Shown one piece after another: positions 22,575 to 28,964 of a DNA stretch of 36,545 nt (the first letter of the stretch is position 1; each line of letters opens with the position of its first letter). Position numbers and translations under genes: made by a program. The stretch lies in the IMG/VR virus record IMGVR_UViG_3300029861_000010. The stretch is one strand, 5' to 3'. Source of the stretch: a virus. The notes beneath the pieces were generated by a model. It worked only from the letters and a program-made list of their open reading frames with translations, searched no databases and was not told where the DNA came from.

Positions 22575-24104
22575 ATGCTGATCTGCATTGATGCGGGTCA
22601 TTACATCGGGACCCCGGGGAAGCGGTGCCTGAAGGGCATCGACCCCGGGGAGACCCGGGAATGGACCCTGAACAGCCGGGTGGCGGACAAGCTGGAGGCC
22701 ATCCTGGCGGGGTACAGCTGCCAGACCATGCGGGTGGACGACGTGACCGGGCAAAGGGACGTGACCCTGTCCCAGCGGGTGGCGGCGGCCAACCGGGCCC
22801 GGGCAGACGTATATCTGTCCATCCACCACAATGCCGGGATCAACGGCGGCTCCGGCGGCGGCATCGTGGCCTATGTGGCCCCCAGCCATCAGACGCAGAG
22901 CGAGGTGGTGCGGGACGCGGTGTACCGCTATACCGTGGCGGCTACCGGCCTGCGGGGTAACCGGGCGCAGCCGCTGGCGGAGCAGAGCCTGTATGTGCTC
23001 AACTACACCACTATGCCCGCCACCCTGATCGAGCTGGGGTTTATGGACAGCCTGACAGACACCCCCATCATCCTGACGGAGGAGTTTGCGGCCAAGGCGG
23101 CGGCAGGGCTGGCGGCGGCGCTGGTGGAGGTGTATGACCTCCAGGCCAAGGACAGCGGGCAGGTCCTGATGACTGCGGTGCAGGCAGAGGACCTGACGGT
23201 GGAGCTGGTGGACAAGCCCAAGGGTGAGTGCGGAGACAACTGCGCCAACGCGGGGTACTTTGCCAACTACTCCGAGGCGGGCGAGCCGTTCACGCTGCCG
23301 GTGGGCCATCTGGTGGGCGACTACAAGGCCGCGGGTAAGTGGACGCGGCACTACTGCCAGGAGCGCGGGCGGTTCCGGGGGGACAAGTTTACCTTTGACT
23401 CCGGCGGGTGGTCCTATGCCAACCCCCTGCACGGCAAGGCGGTCTCCACCCTGCTGATCTCCGGCGGCAAGGCTCGGGTGGAGGAGATCCGGACGGTGCC
23501 GGATGGGACGGACTACGCCGTGTCCGGTATCCCCGTGCTGCGGGGCGGGAAAGCCTGCACCACCGCCCAGGCCAAGGGGCAGGGCTGGGACACCTCCCCG
23601 CTGCGGGCCACCTGGCACACGCTGGTGGGCCTCAAGGGAGACGGCATGGTGTACGTCATGGGCTGGCAGTCCAGGACCGCCAACCTGCTGGACAGCGGCG
23701 AGGCCGCCCGGGTGTTCCGGGGGCTTGGATTCTCTGACGTGCTCAAGCTGGACGGCGGCGGGAGCTACTACCAGAGCCGGGACGGGGCGGTCTCCAAGAC
23801 CGCGGAAAACCGGCGGATCAACAGCGTACTGCGCTGGACGGTGAGAGAGGAGGAGCCGGAGTTGACGGAGGACAGAGTGCGGCAGATCGTGCGGGAGGAG
23901 CTGGCCGCTCAGGAGGCGAAGCTGGCCAACGCGCCGGCGGACAGCTGGGCAGTGCCTTACATCCGGCAGGCCGTGGAGGCCAGGATCCTCACCGGCGTGG
24001 ATGACGGCCAGGGCGGCGTGACCATCGCCAGGCCCAGGGCCCACACCACCAGGCAGGAGCTGGCCACCATGGGCGTGGCCATCCTCAAGGCGGCAAGAGA
24101 ATGA
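22575..24104 (+). CDS. Endolysin: N-acetylmuramoyl-L-alanine amidase (Amidase_3) plus phosphodiester-glycosidase-like central domain plus SLH-like C-terminal motif
   Basis: MLICIDAGH...YLSIHHNAG...LIELGFMD is an Amidase_3 pattern. ...VLKLDGGGSYY resembles NAGPA/DUF2233. The C-terminus is SWAVPYIRQAVEARILTGVDDG...TRQELATM. Confidence 0.85.
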   Translation: MLICIDAGHYIGTPGKRCLKGIDPGETREWTLNSRVADKLEAILAGYSCQTMRVDDVTGQRDVTLSQRVAAANRARADVYLSIHHNAGINGGSGGGIVAYVAPSHQTQSEVVRDAVYRYTVAATGLRGNRAQPLAEQSLYVLNYTTMPATLIELGFMDSLTDTPIILTEEFAAKAAAGLAAALVEVYDLQAKDSGQVLMTAVQAEDLTVELVDKPKGECGDNCANAGYFANYSEAGEPFTLPVGHLVGDYKAAGKWTRHYCQERGRFRGDKFTFDSGGWSYANPLHGKAVSTLLISGGKARVEEIRTVPDGTDYAVSGIPVLRGGKACTTAQAKGQGWDTSPLRATWHTLVGLKGDGMVYVMGWQSRTANLLDSGEAARVFRGLGFSDVLKLDGGGSYYQSRDGAVSKTAENRRINSVLRWTVREEEPELTEDRVRQIVREELAAQEAKLANAPADSWAVPYIRQAVEARILTGVDDGQGGVTIARPRAHTTRQELATMGVAILKAARE

Positions 24105-24105
24105 G

Positions 24106-24135
24106 AGAGGGGGAGCGCGTGGGCGCTCCCCCTCT
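24106..24135. terminator. GC-rich hairpin between convergent genes (bidirectional terminator candidate)
   Basis: AGAGGGGGAGCGC-GTGG-GCGCTCCCCCTCT forms a perfect 13-bp stem. It sits between the endolysin stop and the stop of the minus-strand gene. Confidence 0.7.
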
Positions 24136-24139
24136 TGAA

Positions 24140-24625
24140 TTATCCAATTGACAGTACATTCCGGAGTTTCGCCATGCTCTCCTTGTTTGGGACGACCTTG
24201 CCGGACTCCCAGCGGGAGATCAGAGCCTGGTCCACTCCGATGGCCTCGGCCAGCTGTCCCTGGGTCATCTTCTGGGCCCTTCGGGCGGCGGCGATGTCAA
24301 CCTTTGCGGTGGGGAGAGGACGCTTCCCTTTCCCGACAAAATACCCCAGTTGCCAAGAGCCTTGGATTTCGAGCGGCTGGTATTTTTCAGAGCTGCCCTC
24401 CATTGGAGCAACAATGCTGTCGATCTCAAAGAGCGCCTCCCCGACCTGCTGCTCCAGATCGCCTTTCAAAATTCCGATGCGGTGGGCGTCCGAAATAACG
24501 CGGGCGTTGGCTGTATACGGGCGCGGTGCCGCAAGGACGACGTCGCCGCCTATATCTTCTGGGAATGCCTCCGCAGATAATCTACCAAATACCCAGCCAA
24601 ATACATAAGCTTCTCTGTTTGTCAT
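24140..24625 (-). CDS. Two-domain protein: unknown N-terminal domain plus C-terminal XRE-type HTH
   Basis: 161 aa with RBS GAGGAG. The C-terminal MTQGQLAEAIGVDQALISRWESGKVVPNKESMAKL is an HTH_3 signature. The first ~100 aa are unrecognised. Confidence 0.75.
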   Translation of the reverse strand: MTNREAYVFGWVFGRLSAEAFPEDIGGDVVLAAPRPYTANARVISDAHRIGILKGDLEQQVGEALFEIDSIVAPMEGSSEKYQPLEIQGSWQLGYFVGKGKRPLPTAKVDIAAARRAQKMTQGQLAEAIGVDQALISRWESGKVVPNKESMAKLRNVLSIG

Positions 24626-24649
24626 GTCAGGATCTCCTCTTTCTCGTCA

Positions 24650-25078
24650 TCAGGGCAGCAGGGCCTCGTCATTGCGATAGATAGGCGCCTCATCTGGATG
24701 AGCCTCATTCCAGGCGCGCATCAGAGCCATATCGGTTAGATTTTCAGCGCCATGCAGCCACGCAACGCTAAGGAACATCCCGCCGGGGACCGCAGACAGC
24801 ATACACAGTGCTGCGACCATCTGCTCCCGGCTGACTCCGGACATCCACAGATTCAGGGAAGCTTTTTTGAGCTCGTTCCAGGCGTCCGAGATAACCGCAG
24901 CTTCCGGGGTGCGGCCACACAACTGATTCATCATGGCCTGGCCAGGCAGGGCGTTATCGGTATAGACTCCGTTGTCCCATGCAGCCTGATACTTAGCGGT
25001 GATTTCATCGGCCACTGTACCAAGGGCAACATAGACGTTGCTTCCGTACTTCGCTAGGATTTCGTTTTCGATATTCAT
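24650..25078 (-). CDS. Hypothetical protein (142 aa), first gene of an orphan accessory operon
   Basis: RBS AAGGGGGAG. No recognisable family. It has a hydrophobic stretch VAALCMLSAVPGGMFLSVAWL. Confidence 0.7.
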   Translation of the reverse strand: MNIENEILAKYGSNVYVALGTVADEITAKYQAAWDNGVYTDNALPGQAMMNQLCGRTPEAAVISDAWNELKKASLNLWMSGVSREQMVAALCMLSAVPGGMFLSVAWLHGAENLTDMALMRAWNEAHPDEAPIYRNDEALLP

Positions 25079-25106
25079 GATTCTCCCCCTTGCTCTTTAT
25101 GCTCTC

Positions 25107-25134
25107 ATTATAGCATAAAATATGTATTTGTCAA
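25107..25134 (-). promoter_or_regulatory. Near-consensus sigma-70/sigma-A promoter for the 25078..24140 operon
   Basis: The minus strand reads TTGACA (25134-25129), a 16-nt spacer ending in TGc, then TATAAT (25112-25107). Confidence 0.7.
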
Positions 25135-25141
25135 TACATAT
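25120..25141. promoter_or_regulatory. Perfect 9+9 bp inverted repeat (operator candidate) overlapping the -35 box
   Basis: ATATGTATT-tgtc-AATACATAT. Confidence 0.65.
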
Positions 25142-25228
25142 TTTGAGGAGGTGGGAAGAAAAATTTTGTGAGGGGGAACATCGTCTGGCGGGGGTGTTTG
25201 GGAGCAAAAACAATCAGTAATACAAGAG

Positions 25229-25258
25229 GGAGCAGCTGGTAAGCTGCTCCTTCTATTT
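25229..25258. terminator. Hairpin with flanking T-rich tract
   Basis: GGAGCAGC-TGGTAA-GCTGCTCC is followed by TTCTATTTAT on the + strand. It could also stop leftward int transcription. Confidence 0.45.
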
Positions 25259-25264
25259 ATATCA

Positions 25265-25292
25265 TTTTGCACAATGTTTTGGCGTTAGAGAC
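25265..25292 (+). repeat. 28-bp direct repeat copy 1 (attP arm-site candidate)
   Basis: TTTTGCACAATGTTTTGGCGTTAGAGAC matches 25471-25498 at 26 of 28 positions. Confidence 0.8.
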
Positions 25293-25470
25293 GGATTCTG
25301 CACTTGTGTGTGACACGAAATGTCGGAATCCCTTGGGGCACAATGGGTAAGAGGTCGGCATGAGATACGAACTGTTTAAATTTTGCCCGGCGGCTTTACG
25401 GTACACCTTCCACCTGGGGGAAGGTCAAGGGGAAAATGGCCGCAAATACGGAACTTTTTCTGCCTCTCTG

Positions 25471-25498
25471 TTTTGCACAATGTTTTACCGTTAGAGAC
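25471..25498 (+). repeat. 28-bp direct repeat copy 2, abutting the integrase stop codon
   Basis: TTTTGCACAATGTTTTACCGTTAGAGAC. Confidence 0.8.
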
Positions 25499-25501
25499 AA
25501 A

Positions 25502-26539
25502 TCACGCGATTTTGCAGAGCTCCTGGCGGAGGTAGTCCAGGCTGATATGGGTATAGTGCTCGGTGACGTCCTTATTGGCGTGGCCCATCATGCGCTTGAT
25601 GGCCAACTCATCGGCGCCGGCCTGATGCAGGCGGCTCGCGAAGGTATGGCGGCACCAGTGGGGCGTGGCTCCGACGGCGCCGATCTGCTCCATGAGGGCA
25701 GCGAAGCGGACGCGGAACACCTGGGTGGAGACGGCGTGACCGGACGGATCGCAGATAATCCGCTCCCCGTTTTGTGCCAGGCGGGCGGCGAGGTAGGGTT
25801 TGATTTTGGGGTGGACTGGGACGAGCCTGTCCCGGCCTGCGGCGGTTTTCATTCCGCCCTGGAGGTAGTCTCCATCGGCGTGATAGGAAAATCTGGTGAG
25901 GGCCAGAAACTCAGAGATCCGGAATCCGGTATAGCACAGGATCAGGATGGCGTCCGCCCAGGGATCGCCGGCAGCGGCCAGCTGTTCCAGCTGCTTGAGG
26001 TGGAGATCGGTCAGGACCCCTTTCTCGTGCTTGGCCTGGACAGAGGGCAGGCGAATGAACTGGGAATAGTCCTTGATGATGATGTCACGCTCCATAGCAA
26101 ACCGGAAGAGCGCGGAGATCAGGCCCTTGTCATTCTGGATGCTGGACTTGGAGAGCCCGTCGACCTCATCCTGGTCAATGATCTGCTGCAAATCGTCGAT
26201 GGTGATGCGCCGGACCTTTTTGCCCGCCAGAGCGGAGACTCTACCCCAGGCGGCCCGGTGGGAGGAGACGGAGGCGGGACCCAGCCGGGGATATTCCCGG
26301 CTGCTCCAGAGGTCATAGACCTGCTGGAGGGTGTAGTCAATGACCTCGGTGGCCGGGGCGGAGTGGGTACGACACCACTCGTCCAGCGCGGCCTGGGCGT
26401 CGCTGGCCTTGGCGTGGTAGGATAGATACCTCTGCCGGATCCGCCCCCGCTGGGTGCGGTAAGGGATCCGGACTGCCCAGGGGCGGCGGCGGTTGCCGGA
26501 GAGCTTGACGATGCTCCCGGTTCCATTGGCTCGCTTCAT
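25502..26539 (-). CDS. int: Tyrosine recombinase / phage integrase
   Basis: N-terminus MKRANGTGSIVKLSGNRRRPWAVRI. The C-terminal catalytic region is HWCRHTFASRL...MMGHANKDVTEHYTH. The ATG at 26539 follows GGGAGG. Confidence 0.9.
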   Translation of the reverse strand: MKRANGTGSIVKLSGNRRRPWAVRIPYRTQRGRIRQRYLSYHAKASDAQAALDEWCRTHSAPATEVIDYTLQQVYDLWSSREYPRLGPASVSSHRAAWGRVSALAGKKVRRITIDDLQQIIDQDEVDGLSKSSIQNDKGLISALFRFAMERDIIIKDYSQFIRLPSVQAKHEKGVLTDLHLKQLEQLAAAGDPWADAILILCYTGFRISEFLALTRFSYHADGDYLQGGMKTAAGRDRLVPVHPKIKPYLAARLAQNGERIICDPSGHAVSTQVFRVRFAALMEQIGAVGATPHWCRHTFASRLHQAGADELAIKRMMGHANKDVTEHYTHISLDYLRQELCKIA

Positions 26540-26586
26540 TTGATGGCCTCCCTTCAAAACAGATGTTCTAGTCAGAGGGTTTTGAG

Positions 26587-26612
26587 AAGCCGCCCGGTGG
26601 GGCGGCTTTTTT
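26587..26612 (+). terminator. Intrinsic terminator-like hairpin plus T6 (unit A)
   Basis: AAGCCGCCC-GGTG-GGGCGGCTT followed by TTTTTC. Confidence 0.6.
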
Positions 26613-26638
26613 CAAATCCGCAAGCGCTTGCGGATTTG
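26613..26638. repeat. Perfect 26-bp palindrome, family member A
   Basis: CAAATCCGCAAGC/GCTTGCGGATTTG. Confidence 0.9.
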
Positions 26639-26650
26639 ACATTTGTATGG

Positions 26651-26679
26651 TTGCGCTGCGGCGAAAAGTGTGGTATTCT
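26651..26679 (+). promoter_or_regulatory. Candidate promoter for the small-peptide mRNA
   Basis: TTGCGC, a 17-nt spacer ending in TGg, then TATTCT. Confidence 0.35.
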
Positions 26680-26768
26680 GACCTTGGCGCTGCCAGACAG
26701 CAGCGGTCAGCCCTTCCTCTGGAGGGCAGCTTCTTTGCCCTCTGATCTTGTGAAAGGGGGGCTGCCCA

Positions 26769-26852
26769 ATGGTTACATACTCTGACTTGATTCAGATTGG
26801 TATTCTCATTGTTGGTATTATCGGTCTCTTTGTGAGCCATAAAAAGAAGTGA
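26769..26852 (+). CDS. 27-aa hydrophobic peptide, holin-like/type I toxin candidate
   Basis: MVTYSDLIQIGILIVGIIGLFVSHKKK has one predicted TM helix and a Lys tail. RBS AAAGGGGGG lies 8 nt upstream. It resembles the short Hol-Tox-type peptides of Firmicutes. Confidence 0.5.
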   Translation: MVTYSDLIQIGILIVGIIGLFVSHKKK

Positions 26853-26936
26853 CCGCCGGCACCCTGACAAGTACGGCGATCACTTCAAAGTCATAATTCA
26901 GGGCTGACCGTGTTTGGCAGCGCCCTTTTCATTTTC

Positions 26937-26965
26937 AGTATAACCGCCTGATGTTCGATTGTCAA
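26937..26965 (-). promoter_or_regulatory. Strong minus-strand promoter firing antisense through the small-peptide gene, towards int
   Basis: The minus strand reads TTGACA, a 17-nt spacer, then TATACT. Confidence 0.6.
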
Positions 26966-26967
26966 GT

Positions 26968-26996
26968 CCGCCCCCGAGCCGGGGCGGCTTTTTTCA
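26968..26996 (+). terminator. Intrinsic terminator-like hairpin plus T6 (unit B)
   Basis: CCGCCCC-loop-GGGGCGG followed by CTTTTTTC. The 23 nt GGGGCGGCTTTTTTCAAATCCGC are identical to unit A. Confidence 0.6.
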
Positions 26997-27020
26997 AATC
27001 CGCCGACGTGGACGGATTTG
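26995..27020. repeat. 26-bp imperfect palindrome, family member B
   Basis: CAAATCCG-ccgacgtgga-CGGATTTG. The outer arms are identical to member A. Confidence 0.8.
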
Positions 27021-27041
27021 CTCTGTTTTTTGGTGTTTGGC

Positions 27042-27791
27042 TTACTCTAACCCTGATTGAGCTTTGGCCGTGACTTGCCCACCCTGGAAGGTAACATTGG
27101 CATTGGCCCCTAGAGTTCCCTCCCCTTCCCAGGCATAAATGGCAGTATAGTATTCATCTCCAAGGCCCATATCCACCTCAGACAGCAGTTCCCCTCGAGA
27201 GCCGACCAGGTCAAATACCTCCTGGTAACTCATACCGGTTTGGATCGCTTCAAATTCCTCTAAGCTGATAGTGGACGGGTTGTTCTGAGATCCGGTATTT
27301 TCCCCAAACATACTATATGTTTGCTTCCCGTTGATGTAGGTTGCGTAAATAACGCTCCCCTCCTCGTCTGCCTCTACGGAAAGTATAGCATACCCATCTG
27401 GATAATTTTGTGCCAAGACTTGCGCGTCAGCGGCCCAAGCCTCCTGATAAGCTTCCCATTCTGCCGGAGCTGCTCCGGCGGATCCTTGGACGGAAGAGAC
27501 AGCAGCAGTCACATCTGGGTCAAATGCGGATACCGACAATTTGGTATCTGTTTGCTCCACACTGATTTGCTCCGGAGCAAACGAGGAGATCAGGCCGGCA
27601 ACCTCCTGAGACAACACATCCTTATCATTGGCAGTTGACATTGACGCTGAGCCAGATGAACCCGAAGCACTTGTAGCGGCATCGGGCGTCTTAGGGTCGG
27701 TTGAGGTCTCTCCTCCTCCAGAAGCAGAGCAACCAGAGGCCAGCAGGAGCATCACAGCGCAGAGCGCAAAACCCCGAACATACAGTTTCAT
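27042..27791 (-). CDS. Prophage lipoprotein with C-terminal DUF3862/BLIP-like domain (superinfection-exclusion candidate)
   Basis: Signal peptide plus lipobox (MKLYVRGFALCAVMLLLASGC). The C-terminus EEFEAIQTGMSYQEVFDLVG...WEGEG...VTFQGGQVTAKAQSGL fits that domain pattern. Confidence 0.75.
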   Translation of the reverse strand: MKLYVRGFALCAVMLLLASGCSASGGGETSTDPKTPDAATSASGSSGSASMSTANDKDVLSQEVAGLISSFAPEQISVEQTDTKLSVSAFDPDVTAAVSSVQGSAGAAPAEWEAYQEAWAADAQVLAQNYPDGYAILSVEADEEGSVIYATYINGKQTYSMFGENTGSQNNPSTISLEEFEAIQTGMSYQEVFDLVGSRGELLSEVDMGLGDEYYTAIYAWEGEGTLGANANVTFQGGQVTAKAQSGLE

Positions 27792-27792
27792 G

Positions 27793-28227
27793 TCAGTTCC
27801 CCCTTTGATGAGTATCAAAATATCCGTGTTTGTACCAAAAAATAGCTTTGCATAAAAAAGCTTCTGTTACTCCAAAATATTCGGCCAACTCCCAAGGCTC
27901 ACGACAGCCTTGGAGAATAGCTTGCCTCAACTCATCCTCCGGGATGAGTTTTTTTATTGCCCATTTGTTGGCCCGGTTTTCATATTTCTGACGGACGTCC
28001 CGGGCGGCATAGCGGTTATAAAATGCCCCGGTCTCACAGTGGCCCAGTTCATGGGCCAGCTTGACCGTCTCATCTGCTACTGTTGGCATCCGCCAGGGAT
28101 TCATAGCAATGGCGCAGGAGCCGTCGGACAGGGGCATAGACAGGGATTCGGCGGCTTCCAGATCGAACCAGACAACCTGTGTGCCGTGATCCTCGGCCAG
28201 GCTGTATAAATCCAGAAGGTTAATCAT
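27793..28227 (-). CDS. ImmA/IrrE-family zinc metallopeptidase
   Basis: HELGH motif (KLAHELGHCETGAF). ATGATTAA overlap with the upstream XRE gene. Confidence 0.85.
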   Translation of the reverse strand: MINLLDLYSLAEDHGTQVVWFDLEAAESLSMPLSDGSCAIAMNPWRMPTVADETVKLAHELGHCETGAFYNRYAARDVRQKYENRANKWAIKKLIPEDELRQAILQGCREPWELAEYFGVTEAFLCKAIFWYKHGYFDTHQRGN

Positions 28228-28582
28228 TTTTACCTTTCTCCTGTTTCTTCTGATTCGCCAAGAAGGCAGCGAATCGAGACACATCGTTCCACATGGCGTC
28301 CAGATCTTCCTGAGACAGATCCTTCTCTCCACCCCAGAAAGCAGCCTGGAGGTTCTCTTTGGTATTACTTTCGTCTGATGATGGGATGGATTCTTTCCCA
28401 AGCAGCTCATCGGTAGTAACATCAAAAATTTCTGCGAGTTTTACCACAGTTTCTGGGTTTGGCGTTGCCTTGTCAGTTTCCCATCTGGCAATGGCCTGCT
28501 GACTTACAAATAATTTGCCTGCAAGCTCTTTTTGGCTTAAACCGGCCGCCAGCCGATACTTGCGCAGTTGACCACTAAACAC
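28220..28582 (-). CDS. XRE-family (CI-like) repressor
   Basis: LRKYRLAAGLSQKELAGKLFVSQQAIARWETDKATPNPETVVKLAEIFDVTTDELL. GTG start after AAGGGGGG. It is divergent from the cro-like gene. Confidence 0.85.
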   Translation of the reverse strand: MFSGQLRKYRLAAGLSQKELAGKLFVSQQAIARWETDKATPNPETVVKLAEIFDVTTDELLGKESIPSSDESNTKENLQAAFWGGEKDLSQEDLDAMWNDVSRFAAFLANQKKQEKGKND

Positions 28583-28605
28583 TGATACCCCCCCTTGTTT
28601 CCCTT

Positions 28606-28634
28606 AGAATACAACATAAAATTGTATAGTGCAA
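28606..28634 (-). promoter_or_regulatory. Candidate repressor promoter (PRM-like)
   Basis: The minus strand reads TTGCAC, a 17-nt spacer, then TATTCT. Confidence 0.5.
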
Positions 28635-28707
28635 TAGAAAAAATGAAATTCGCTATTGACAACAACAAAAAATAGTATTATATTAAACGCACAACAAAAG
28701 ATAGTTA
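28611..28707. promoter_or_regulatory. Three 17-bp operator-like repeats (28611-28627, 28662-28678, 28691-28707)
   Basis: The copies are ACAACATAAAATTGTAT, ACAACAAAAAATAGTAT and ACAACAAAAGATAGTTA. Two fill the spacers of the divergent promoters and the third lies at the predicted + strand transcription start. Confidence 0.65.
28656..28684 (+). promoter_or_regulatory. Early rightward promoter (PR-like)
   Basis: TTGACA, a 17-nt spacer, then TATATT. Confidence 0.65.
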
Positions 28708-28727
28708 AATAGAAGAGGTGGTGACTT

Positions 28728-28964
28728 ATGCACAACATTAGAGTGTTGCGAGAGAAGTTGGGTTTATCCCAGCAACAGGTTGCCGAAGCCGTCCATGTAA
28801 GCCAGCAAGCTGTGGCAAGATGGGAAAGTGGCCTAGCAAAGCCAAGGGCAGATTTACTCCCTCAGCTAGCATTGTTATTTAATTGCACTATTGACGAGTT
28901 GTTTTGGACGCCAGACAACAAAAAGCCCCCAGCCGGACCGGGGGAGAAAGAGAGGTTACCATGA
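28728..28964 (+). CDS. Cro-like XRE-family HTH regulator
   Basis: IRVLREKLGLSQQQVAEAVHVSQQAVARWESGLAKPRADLLPQLALLFNCTIDEL. Confidence 0.8.
   Translation: MHNIRVLREKLGLSQQQVAEAVHVSQQAVARWESGLAKPRADLLPQLALLFNCTIDELFWTPDNKKPPAGPGEKERLP

Noticed and set aside
24135-24608. + strand ORFs (157 aa, 116 aa, 76 aa) over the 24140..24625 locus
   Set aside because: They are antisense to an ORF with a clear XRE HTH motif, RBS and operon context. Their translations are Pro/Ser/Arg-rich with no start context.
25360-25494. 44-aa ORF (MRYELFKFCPAAL...) with a weak AAGAGG RBS in the attP-like region
   Set aside because: It is short with an unremarkable composition, overlaps one of the 28-bp repeats, and has no supporting promoter. 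It is likely fortuitous.
25265-25498. Possible CRISPR array or tRNA in the int-proximal non-coding region
   Set aside because: There are only two repeat copies 206 bp apart, which is not a regular repeat-spacer array. I could not fold any cloverleaf or find a T-arm GTTCGAATC-like motif by eye, here or in other intergenic regions.
25436-26425. 329-aa + strand ORF across the integrase locus
   Set aside because: It is antisense to a clear tyrosine recombinase with catalytic motifs. Its translation is low-complexity (Gly/Asp/Leu/Val-rich) and it has no RBS.
26540-26870. ORFs 26540..26785 (+) and 26568..26870 (-) between int and the lipoprotein gene
   Set aside because: They run through terminator hairpins and palindromes. 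The similar SNPQALADL peptides in both simply reflect the palindromic DNA. Neither has an RBS, and the region is better explained by regulatory RNA elements and the 27-aa ORF.
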